From Candidatus Eiseniibacteriota bacterium (GTDB taxonomy: Bacteria; Eisenbacteria; RBG-16-71-46), in contig VBOT01000053.1 in NCBI GenBank assembly GCA_005893225.1, positions 3,462 through 67,461 on the forward strand: DNA of 64,000 nt, given 5' to 3'. The notes below the pieces were generated by a model, which saw nothing but the letters and a program-made list of their open reading frames with translations, was not told the DNA's origin and ran no database searches. Shown here one piece after another: positions 48,752 to 56,834 of this stretch. A program made the position numbers and the translations under genes. The first letter of the stretch is position 1. Every line of letters starts with the position of its first letter.

Positions 48752-49546
48752 GTGATCGACACCCACTGCCACCTCTGCGACAAGCGCTTCGACAAGGACC
48801 GCGAGCAGGTGCTCGATCGCGCTTTCGAGGCCGGCGTGACCCACCTGATCGAAATCGCGTACTCGCCGGCGATCGTCCCGCGGGCTCACGCGCTGGCCTC
48901 CCGGCACCCCAACCTCTTCCTCTGCCTGGGAGTCCACCCGAGCGAGGCGGCCAAGGTGCCGGACGACTACCTCGCCACCCTGCGCGACCACGCGGGCCAC
49001 GCGCGCGTCGTGGCGATCGGCGAGACCGGCCTCGACTTCTACAGGGACCACGCGCCCCGACCCGACCAGGAGCGGTGGTTCCGCGCCCAACTCGGGCTGG
49101 CTGACGCGATGGGCCTGCCGGTGGTGATCCACCAGCGGAGCGCGCTCGAGGAGACGCTCGCCATCCTCGAGGAGCTGCGGCCGGCGGCCGGTGGGGTCTT
49201 GCACTGCTTCGACGACGGCCCCGAGGCCGTCGCGCGCGCCCGGGGCATCGGGTTCAAGCTCGGCCTGGGCGGCTGCCTCACCTACGGGCACGCGGCGCTG
49301 GACCAGGCCGTGCGAGAGGCACCCGGCGACATGCTGGTGCTCGAGACCGACTCGCCCTACCTCGAGCCCGAGCCGCGCTCGCTCCGCCGCAACGAGCCGG
49401 CGCTGCTCGGGCGCGTCGTCGCGCGCCTGTGCGAGCTCAAGGGCTGGACCAAAGCCGAGGCCGACCGGGTCACCACGGCGAACGCCCGCGAGCTCTTTCG
49501 CCTGCCGATCGGCCAGGGCAGCCTCCCCGCGAGCGGAAACGCCTAG
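48752..49546 (+). CDS. tatD: TatD-family deoxyribonuclease
   Basis: IDTHCH, GVHP, IGETGLD, HCF and ETDSPYL. Confidence 0.95.
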   Translation: MIDTHCHLCDKRFDKDREQVLDRAFEAGVTHLIEIAYSPAIVPRAHALASRHPNLFLCLGVHPSEAAKVPDDYLATLRDHAGHARVVAIGETGLDFYRDHAPRPDQERWFRAQLGLADAMGLPVVIHQRSALEETLAILEELRPAAGGVLHCFDDGPEAVARARGIGFKLGLGGCLTYGHAALDQAVREAPGDMLVLETDSPYLEPEPRSLRRNEPALLGRVVARLCELKGWTKAEADRVTTANARELFRLPIGQGSLPASGNA

Positions 49547-49631
49547 ATCCTGAGCAGGCCGGGCGCGGGCGCGGCCAATCTGTCGGGCCCGGTCAAGCGC
49601 CGCGCCCGGAATGCCGAAGAAGGAGGCGGAC

Positions 49632-50687
49632 ATGCCCGCCCCCTCGCCCACCCTCTTCCTCGCCGCCGCCGTCCTGCTGGCCGCGATCGCCACGGGCTTC
49701 GGGGTCGCGCGTCTCGGGGCCCGGCGCTCGCGCCGGCTTTCCCGGCGGCGGGTCGCGACCCTCGAGCGCGAGCTCGCCCGGTTCCTGGACTCGAAGAGCA
49801 CCGCCCGCGCGCTCAGACGGGCCGTCCGGTCCGCGGACCCGTCGGCCTTCTGGGCCGCGCTCGAGACCCTCTCCCTCGGGCTCGGCCGCGCCGAAAGGGC
49901 GAGGCTCTCCGGGGCGCTCGAGAGGAACCCCTTCGCGGCCGCCGAGCGACGCGCCCTGGAGGACGATTCGCCGTGGCGGGCCGAGCTCGCGGCCCGGCGG
50001 CTCTCGCTGCTGCGCTCGCCGGCCTCGCGACGGGCACTGCGGCGGACGCTGGCGCGGGGCCCGGAAGTGGTGTCCCTGGCGGCGGCGATGGCGCTGGCGC
50101 GGGACCGCGACGCCCGCGCGCTGCGCTGGATCGTCGACCATCCCGAAACCCTGCGCCGGCGCGGTCGAGCCGCCCGAACGGCCTTGCTCCGGGCGTTCGG
50201 GAGGGGAGCGCTGCCGGTGCTGGCCGAGTCCCTGCAACGCGAGGCTGGCGACGGATGGTTCGAGCGCTCGGCCATCGAAGCCCTCGCCCACGGTCGCTAT
50301 CTTCCGGCGGCCGCGGCGATCGAGCGGCGGCTCCGGCACCCCGACATGGAGGTGCGCGCCGCATCAGCTCGGGCCCTGGGATGGCTCGGCGCCGGAGACA
50401 GCACGGCGTCCATTCTGGGCGCCCTGGAGGACGAGGCGTGGCAGGTGCGGGCCCAGGCCGCTCGGGCGCTCGGCCTGATAGGCGCCTCGACGGCCCTCGT
50501 TCCGCTTGCCTCGGCGCTCACCGACCGTGCGTGGTGGGTGCGCCGCCACGCCGCCTACGCCCTGCGGTCGCTGGGACCCGGGGGGATCGAAGCCCTGAGC
50601 CGCGCCGCCGCCCGCTCGCCCGATCCCTACGCGCGCGAGATGGCTCGCGAGGCGCTCGAGGCCGAGCCCGGGCTGCCGGCCGGGTGA
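49632..50687 (+). CDS. Membrane-anchored HEAT-repeat protein
   Basis: N-terminal TM; repeats VRAASARALG, WQVRAQAARALG and WWVRRHAAYAL; RBS AGGAGG. Confidence 0.85.
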   Translation: MPAPSPTLFLAAAVLLAAIATGFGVARLGARRSRRLSRRRVATLERELARFLDSKSTARALRRAVRSADPSAFWAALETLSLGLGRAERARLSGALERNPFAAAERRALEDDSPWRAELAARRLSLLRSPASRRALRRTLARGPEVVSLAAAMALARDRDARALRWIVDHPETLRRRGRAARTALLRAFGRGALPVLAESLQREAGDGWFERSAIEALAHGRYLPAAAAIERRLRHPDMEVRAASARALGWLGAGDSTASILGALEDEAWQVRAQAARALGLIGASTALVPLASALTDRAWWVRRHAAYALRSLGPGGIEALSRAAARSPDPYAREMAREALEAEPGLPAG

Positions 50688-50889
50688 GCACTCCGGGCCG
50701 CACACCGTTGGGCCCCGGCTTGCGGGACCGGGCTCGGGAGGCTTTACTCGCGATGCTGCCGGCATTTCCTCCCCGGCGTGCGCTCTCCACTCATGATCGA
50801 ACCCGCCCTGTCTCGATATCGCATCTTCCTGGCCCCCGGCGCCGGCGCCGCGGGGCCCGGCGCCTCGGCGCGGCCCCGGTAAGGCAAGC

Positions 50890-51816
50890 GTGTCCCCCTC
50901 GCGACGCGTTCCCAACCCGGCGAGGGGCGGGCGAGCCTCGAGCTACGTCCGCGAGCGGGCGGCGCTCGAGGGCGGCGGGCTCTCGCGCCTGAAGCGGGTG
51001 CTCGCCGAGCGCGGGCTGGCCCCGCGCCGGCGATTCGGACAGAACTTCCTGATTCGCGAGGACCTGGCCGATCGCATCGTCGACCATTGCCACCTGAGCC
51101 AGGACGACGTGGCGGTCGAGATCGGTCCCGGGGCGGGTGCCCTGACCTCGCGGCTCGCCAGCCGGGTGCGGCGGCTGATCGCGGTGGAGAAGGACACCGG
51201 GCTGGCCGCACTGCTGCGCGAGGAGCTCGCCGAGCTCCCCGGAGTCGAGATCGTCGAGGGTGACTTTCTCGCCTTCGATCTCCCGGCGGCCGCGGCGGCC
51301 CACGGTGTCCCGCGGCTGGCCGTGGCGGGCAACATTCCCTACAACATCACCACGCCGGTGCTCGAGCGCATCTTCGACCAACGGGCGGCGGTGCGGGTCG
51401 CAGTGCTCCTGGTGCAGAAGGAATATGCGGAGCGGCTGGCCGCCGCCGCCGGCACGCCCGAGTACGGGTCGCTCACGCTGTTCGCCCGGTACCACGCGCT
51501 GTTGGAGCCGCTCATGACGGTCCGCGCCGCGGCGTTCTGGCCGCGCCCCGAGGTCGACAGCATGCTGGTGCGCTTCCTCCTGCGCGAGCGCCCCCCGGTC
51601 GAGGTGCCGAGCGAGGCGCTGCTGTTCCGCATCATCCGCGGCTCGTTCCAGATGCGCCGCAAGCAGCTCATGAACACGCTCGAGGAGACCCTCGGCGTCG
51701 GCAAGCAGGATGTGGCGCGCCTCTGCCGCGCGGCGGGCATCGACCCGCGGCGCCGCGGCGAGACGCTCACGCTGGACGAGTTCGCGAAGCTGGCGCGGGC
51801 CGCGGCGCCCGGCTAG
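50890..51816 (+). CDS. rsmA: 16S rRNA dimethyladenosine transferase
   Basis: FGQNFL, EIGPGAGALT, GNIPYNITTP, QKEYAERL and PRPEVDS. Confidence 0.96.
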   Translation: MSPSRRVPNPARGGRASSYVRERAALEGGGLSRLKRVLAERGLAPRRRFGQNFLIREDLADRIVDHCHLSQDDVAVEIGPGAGALTSRLASRVRRLIAVEKDTGLAALLREELAELPGVEIVEGDFLAFDLPAAAAAHGVPRLAVAGNIPYNITTPVLERIFDQRAAVRVAVLLVQKEYAERLAAAAGTPEYGSLTLFARYHALLEPLMTVRAAAFWPRPEVDSMLVRFLLRERPPVEVPSEALLFRIIRGSFQMRRKQLMNTLEETLGVGKQDVARLCRAAGIDPRRRGETLTLDEFAKLARAAAPG

Positions 51817-51822
51817 CGGCTC

Positions 51823-52572
51823 CTAGCCGGCGGTCCGGCTCTCCTGCGGCTCGACGAACTTGTAGCCCACCTTGTGCACCGCGACGATGAAGGGCTGGGC
51901 GAACCCGGCCCCGAGCTTGGAGCGCAGGTTCGAGACATGGGTGTCCACGGTCCGCGTCGTGACCCCCAGGTCCTCGTCGACCCCCCAGATCTCCTCGAGC
52001 AGCTCCTCGCGCGAAACGGTGCGGCCGCGGTGCTCGATCAGGTACTTCAGCAGCTCGAACTCCTTGAACGACAGCGCCACCTGGGAGCCCGCCTTGTACA
52101 CCTCGCGCGGCTCGAATCGCACCTCGACGTCGCCGAACCCGTAGACGGTCGGTCCCGGCCCCGGCGCCCCCGATGGCCCGCGCGCCACCAGTCGCTTGAC
52201 CCGCGCCATCAGCTCCTTGATGCCGAACGGCTTGGTCACGTAGTCGTCGGCTCCGAGGTCGAACCCCTTCAGCACGTCGGCCTCGAAATTGCGCGCCGTC
52301 ATGACCAGCACCGGGATGTCCCGGTGGCGCTGGCGCAGCTCCTTCAGCACCGTGAAACCGTCCTTCTCGGGCAGCATGATGTCGAGGATCACCACATCCG
52401 GCCTCTGCTTCAGGGCCATCTTGAGGCCCTCCTGGCCGGTCTTGGCGGTGAGCACCTCGTAGCCCTCGAATCGGAAGTTGTGGGCCAGTCCATCCAGCAG
52501 CCCTTCCTCGTCCTCGACGATGAGCACCCGCTTCATCTGCGTCGTCCCTTTGGTCGCATTCATGGCGTTCAT
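51823..52572 (-). CDS. OmpR-family response regulator
   Basis: LIVEDE, LDIMLP, GADDYVTKPF; winged helix TRTVDTHVSNLRSKL. Confidence 0.95.
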   Translation of the reverse strand: MNAMNATKGTTQMKRVLIVEDEEGLLDGLAHNFRFEGYEVLTAKTGQEGLKMALKQRPDVVILDIMLPEKDGFTVLKELRQRHRDIPVLVMTARNFEADVLKGFDLGADDYVTKPFGIKELMARVKRLVARGPSGAPGPGPTVYGFGDVEVRFEPREVYKAGSQVALSFKEFELLKYLIEHRGRTVSREELLEEIWGVDEDLGVTTRTVDTHVSNLRSKLGAGFAQPFIVAVHKVGYKFVEPQESRTAG

Positions 52573-54128
52573 GATCCTGTCATCAGCCTCGGCTCGGCCT
52601 TGTCCCAGGTTGCCCCGTGCGCCTGCGGCAGCACGAGCGTGAACGTGCTTCCCTCTCCGGTATTGCTGACTACCTCGACGTGGCCTCCATGGGCCCGCAT
52701 GATTTGATCGACCAGCGACAGCCCGAGCCCGGCGCCCTTGACGTCGTGGACCAGGCCCGTTTCGACGCGCACGAACTTCTCGAAGATTCGCTTCTGATCC
52801 GCGGGGGCGATCCCGATGCCGCGGTCCGCGACCGACGCGGTGACGGAACCGTCGCGCGCCGCGGCCGACACCCGCACCTCGCGTCGCGTCCGCGAATACT
52901 TGATGGCGTTGTCCAGCAGATTGAGCACGCAATGGGTCAGGGCGGTGGTGTCGCCGCGCACCGGGGGCAGGCCCTCCGGGACGTCGACCTCGACCTTGAA
53001 TCCCTGGTGCTCGAGCCGCGGCCCCAAGCTCTCGACCGCGTCGCGAACCACGTGCCCCAGGTCCACCCGCTCGGCGCCGAAGATCCGCTGGCCCGCCTCG
53101 AGTCGCGCGAAGTCGAGGATGTTGTCGACCAGCTGGCTCAGGCGGGCGGTCTCGCGCCCGATGGTGCGAAGGAACTTCTCGTTCTCCTCGGGCGTGGAGA
53201 CGCGCCGCATCTGGAGCGTCTCGACCGCGAGCCGGATCAGGGCGATCGGGGTCTTGAGCTCGTGCGTCACGTTCGAGACGAAGCTCGACTTGAGATGCAC
53301 CAGCTCGAGCTGACGCATCGTGTAGCGGAGGCCGAAGATGCTGGCCGCGACGATCGCGAGCCCCATGAGCCCGATGAACGTGATCTCGAGCGCCAGGAAG
53401 CGGCGCGTCCACACCACCGTGGAGCCGGGGGTGGGCGCCACCCGCACCGTGTAGCCCTCGAACGGGCCGGCGAAGGGCTCGGTCCTCGCGGTGACCTCGT
53501 TGCGCGGGTTGCGGACCCGCCCGATCACGGTGCCGTCGGGAGCCCGCAGCTCGAAGCTCAGCTTGCGGGTGGACTCGAGGCCGCCGTACAGGCGCGGGCT
53601 GCTCGGGAGCCTGTCCTGCATCACGTCGTCTAGGTGCTCGACCAGGAACTTGCGCGGATTCATCCACCAGCCTCCCGCACCCACCACCTGCCCCTCGCCG
53701 TCATACAAAAGCCGCCCGACAAAGAACTGCGCGCGGCGCCTGCCCTCTCCGGGCGCGTAGAGCAACGGCTCGGACTCGACCATCAGCAGCGAGTAGTCGT
53801 TCAGGAGATCGAGCGTCACGAAGTGCGCGCCCTCGAACTCCGAGGTCCCCGCCTGGAGCGCATCGATGATCTCCTGGGGAGGCGCGCCGGCGCGGGAGGC
53901 GTTCTCGGCCGGCCCCATCGAGCCGCGCAGGTGCGCCATGAGCTCCTGCTCGTAGGCCTCCACGAGCTGCTGGCCGAAATACGAGTTGTACCGGGCGCTC
54001 TCGGCCTCGACCGCCCCCGCGATGCGCAGCGTCAGGATGATGGCCAGCCCCGCCAGCAGCATGGCTGGGACCGCCACACCGACGACGATGATGCCGGGGA
54101 TGCCCCGGCTCGACCGGAGGACGGACAT
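52569..54128 (-). CDS. Membrane sensor histidine kinase (HisKA + HATPase)
   Basis: Two TMs; VTHELKTP, NLLDNAIKYS, DRGIGI and GAGLGL. Confidence 0.95.
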   Translation of the reverse strand: MSVLRSSRGIPGIIVVGVAVPAMLLAGLAIILTLRIAGAVEAESARYNSYFGQQLVEAYEQELMAHLRGSMGPAENASRAGAPPQEIIDALQAGTSEFEGAHFVTLDLLNDYSLLMVESEPLLYAPGEGRRRAQFFVGRLLYDGEGQVVGAGGWWMNPRKFLVEHLDDVMQDRLPSSPRLYGGLESTRKLSFELRAPDGTVIGRVRNPRNEVTARTEPFAGPFEGYTVRVAPTPGSTVVWTRRFLALEITFIGLMGLAIVAASIFGLRYTMRQLELVHLKSSFVSNVTHELKTPIALIRLAVETLQMRRVSTPEENEKFLRTIGRETARLSQLVDNILDFARLEAGQRIFGAERVDLGHVVRDAVESLGPRLEHQGFKVEVDVPEGLPPVRGDTTALTHCVLNLLDNAIKYSRTRREVRVSAAARDGSVTASVADRGIGIAPADQKRIFEKFVRVETGLVHDVKGAGLGLSLVDQIMRAHGGHVEVVSNTGEGSTFTLVLPQAHGATWDKAEPRLMTGS

Positions 54129-54256
54129 GGCCACAGAAGCCTAGACCCGCCCCCTCGGGGAGGGCAATCGGCAAGCGCAATGAGCTCTCTCGGATCCCGG
54201 CCCGGCGGGGCACTCCCCTGGGCCCTCGGCATCCCGCTTCATGCTGCCTACGGCGA

Positions 54257-54283
54257 GGGCCGGTCCGACCCTCGGACCGGCCC
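54257..54283. terminator. Perfect 12-bp hairpin downstream of the Cys-rich protein gene
   Basis: gggccggtccga-ccc-tcggaccggccc; no U-tract. Confidence 0.45.
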
Positions 54284-54303
54284 AGCGGTTCGATTCGATG
54301 AGA

Positions 54304-55128
54304 TCAGCTCTTGATGCGTGCTGCCGTCGCCTGGGGCCCGGCCATCGCGTGGAGCTTGCTCACCACCACCGGATCGCTCGAGGTCAAGAGGGTGACGCAC
54401 CCGCCCTCGATGTTCACGATCTCGCGCCTGAGCTTGCCGCTCGCAATCGCGCCGCGCAGCGCCTTGCACGCCGGGCAAAGGGTCACCTTGTCCCCGGCCG
54501 ACGTGAACGTGTTGAGACGTTGGGTGCGCCGCGCCATCACGGTCTGAACGGTTCGCACCTTATTGGCGGCCGAGGCGGTGTAGACGAACATCATTCCGTT
54601 CTTGAGCGGCACGGCCTGCATCAGCGTTCCCGCCGACCGCAGCTCCTGCTCGCACTGCGCCATGTCCGAGCAAGCGTCGCAGCCGATGCTCATCGTGCCG
54701 TCCATGACATTCGACATGCCGTGCCCGCTGCAGGGCTCGCTGGAGAAGGCCGCCGCTCCCTTGGCGTGCGGGCAACTCCCCACGCCTGCCGCCATTCCGG
54801 CGCAATGCTCGCTCGCGGACGCCGCGGCGGCCGTCTTGCCGGTGCAGCGGGTGTAGGCGGTCGCCGTCGCGGTGGCTGCGTTCTTGCCGGAGCAGTGGTC
54901 GTAGGCATCCGTCGAGGCGATCACTGCGGAGGCGCCGCTCATGGCACCCTTGCAGGCCGCCGCCTGAGCCGCGGTGCACTTGGCCGCCATCGCCGCGGTG
55001 CAGGTGTTGGACTTTGCCGTGCTCGCCGTGGTCTTCGACTTGGCGTCGTCGCAGGCCATCGCCGAGACGGCCCAGACCGCAGCCGCGAGCACAGCGGTTG
55101 CCGCAGTCAGGGGTAGACGATTCTTCAT
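54304..55128 (-). CDS. Secreted Cys-rich hypothetical protein
   Basis: RBS GGAGGTG; signal peptide; 15 Cys including CDAC and CPAC. Confidence 0.8.
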   Translation of the reverse strand: MKNRLPLTAATAVLAAAVWAVSAMACDDAKSKTTASTAKSNTCTAAMAAKCTAAQAAACKGAMSGASAVIASTDAYDHCSGKNAATATATAYTRCTGKTAAAASASEHCAGMAAGVGSCPHAKGAAAFSSEPCSGHGMSNVMDGTMSIGCDACSDMAQCEQELRSAGTLMQAVPLKNGMMFVYTASAANKVRTVQTVMARRTQRLNTFTSAGDKVTLCPACKALRGAIASGKLRREIVNIEGGCVTLLTSSDPVVVSKLHAMAGPQATAARIKS

Positions 55129-55451
55129 GAGGCACCTCCGGGGCTGAGATGTGGCGCCCGCCGCGGGCGCCTCTATGCAGGTAGTGATCGGCCCTCTGAA
55201 AACGAAGGCTGTCACCGCCCCTATCTATTAATGTCACTGAAGTGCAAATATTGATCCTCGCAGCGTGGCATGGGGCGAGAAGCGCTTCTCGAGGCGCTCG
55301 CGATGGACTCGGCGATCGCTGACGTTCAGGGTGGGTCAACCCCTGCTTTTCGCGGGCCCGGGAAGGCGTCGCGAGCGCCTCGTGCACGGGCGAGCCGCGG
55401 AGCGTGGCACCCGGCGCGCCCTGGGCGAGTGCACGGTGCACGCACCCGCTG

Positions 55452-55480
55452 TTGACGAAACCCTGCTCCCCTCGTAGCGT
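55452..55480 (+). promoter_or_regulatory. Sigma70-like promoter
   Basis: TTGACG-17 nt-TAGCGT. Confidence 0.6.
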
Positions 55481-55495
55481 CCCGCCGCATCCCCG

Positions 55496-56665
55496 ATGCC
55501 TAAACGCCCGCCCCAGCCCTCGGCGCCGCGCGCAACCCTTGCGCTCGCGGCGATCGCCCTCGCCCTGTTCCTCGGCGGCGAGGCGTTTCTCCTCTCGCGC
55601 ACCGACGCCGGACGCATCGCCGCGGCCAGGTACCTGCACCTCGGCGATCCCGCGAAGGTGACCCGGATGATCGGAAGCCAGCTCCACCGGGCGCTCGAGG
55701 CGGCGGAGGTGTCTCGCGACAGCGTGAGCGAGAGCGTGGTGGAAGGCGGTCCCGCGCCGCTCAGGTGGCGCGTCGGGCTCGGACCCGGGATCTCGGCCCT
55801 CCAGGCCAACTACTCGGTCAGCCGATTCCTGGCCGAGGAAGGCGCCGTGGTCCTGAGCGGCAGGGAGCGACCCGGCGATCAAGGTGAGACCGTGGTCACG
55901 CTGCTTCTCGGATTGCCCGGCCGGCCGACTCACGAGCTGCGGCTGGTCCAGCATCCCAGGGGCCGGGTCCAGGCGGCCGGCGGGCGGCTCGCCATCGTGG
56001 TCTTCGGCTTCGGCGAAGACGTCGAGCAGTCGGGGCGGTTCTTCGACCTCCCGGCCCCCTTCGCGGTCGCGCTGGTTCCGGGCGGCAAGACCGCCGCCGC
56101 GCAGTTCCGGGCGGCCCGGCGTCGCGACCGCGAGGTCGTTCTGCACCTTCCCCTCGAGCCGATCAATTACCCGCGAGTCGATCCCGGTCCGGGAACCATC
56201 CTCGTCACCATGGGGCCGTCGAAGATCGCCGACCTGGTGCACCGCTACCTCGAGCAGGCCGGCTCCGTCGCGGCGGTCGCCAACTATTCCGGATCGCTCG
56301 CCACGCAGGACATGACGGTGATGACGTCGGTGTTCCAGGAGCTCCGGCGCCGCGACATCCCGTTCCTTCACGTCTCGGCAGCCGCCGGCTCGGTCTGCAA
56401 GCCGCTCGCCTCCGAGCTCGGCGTCCGGTACGTCGAGCCGGACGCGATCCTCGACGCCGAAGCACGCCCATCCCGACCGCAGGCACTCGAGGCGCGCTGG
56501 AAGCGGGTCCTGGCGGAGGCGCGGCATCGCGGCCACATGCTGGTGATGGTCCGCGCGACCCCGCTCACGCTCGCCTGGCTGCCGAAAGCCCTGACCCCGG
56601 CCCGGCTCGAGGGAACGCAGATCGTGCCGCTCTCGGCGCTGCTTCAGAAGTCGCCGGAGATGTAG
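55496..56665 (+). CDS. Divergent polysaccharide deacetylase family protein (YibQ/DUF610-like), degenerate motifs
   Basis: EVVLHLPLEP...PGPGTI, ANYSGS.AT and IVPLSAL; N-terminal TM. Confidence 0.8.
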   Translation: MPKRPPQPSAPRATLALAAIALALFLGGEAFLLSRTDAGRIAAARYLHLGDPAKVTRMIGSQLHRALEAAEVSRDSVSESVVEGGPAPLRWRVGLGPGISALQANYSVSRFLAEEGAVVLSGRERPGDQGETVVTLLLGLPGRPTHELRLVQHPRGRVQAAGGRLAIVVFGFGEDVEQSGRFFDLPAPFAVALVPGGKTAAAQFRAARRRDREVVLHLPLEPINYPRVDPGPGTILVTMGPSKIADLVHRYLEQAGSVAAVANYSGSLATQDMTVMTSVFQELRRRDIPFLHVSAAAGSVCKPLASELGVRYVEPDAILDAEARPSRPQALEARWKRVLAEARHRGHMLVMVRATPLTLAWLPKALTPARLEGTQIVPLSALLQKSPEM

Positions 56666-56701
56666 CCGGCCTCGGAACGTCCGGAGGGCGGGCGGCTGAC
56701 A

Positions 56702-56832
56702 GACTCGACCCGGGGGCCGTAGCGAGACTCTCGAGGCGCTCGCAGGCAGGAGCCGGAGAGCACCTCGAGTGAGCGACCCGGAGACACGACGTCGGAGGCC
56801 GCGGGTCTCTTTGGAGGCCCTCGGGTCGGGTC
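56702..56832. repeat. Structured extragenic element, copy 2
   Basis: 17-bp outer stem with two G-U pairs on the + strand; homologous to 26455-26598. Confidence 0.85.
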
Positions 56833-56834
56833 CC

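Noticed and set aside
54304..55128. Cys-rich protein as a multiheme cytochrome
   Set aside because: No CxxCH motif
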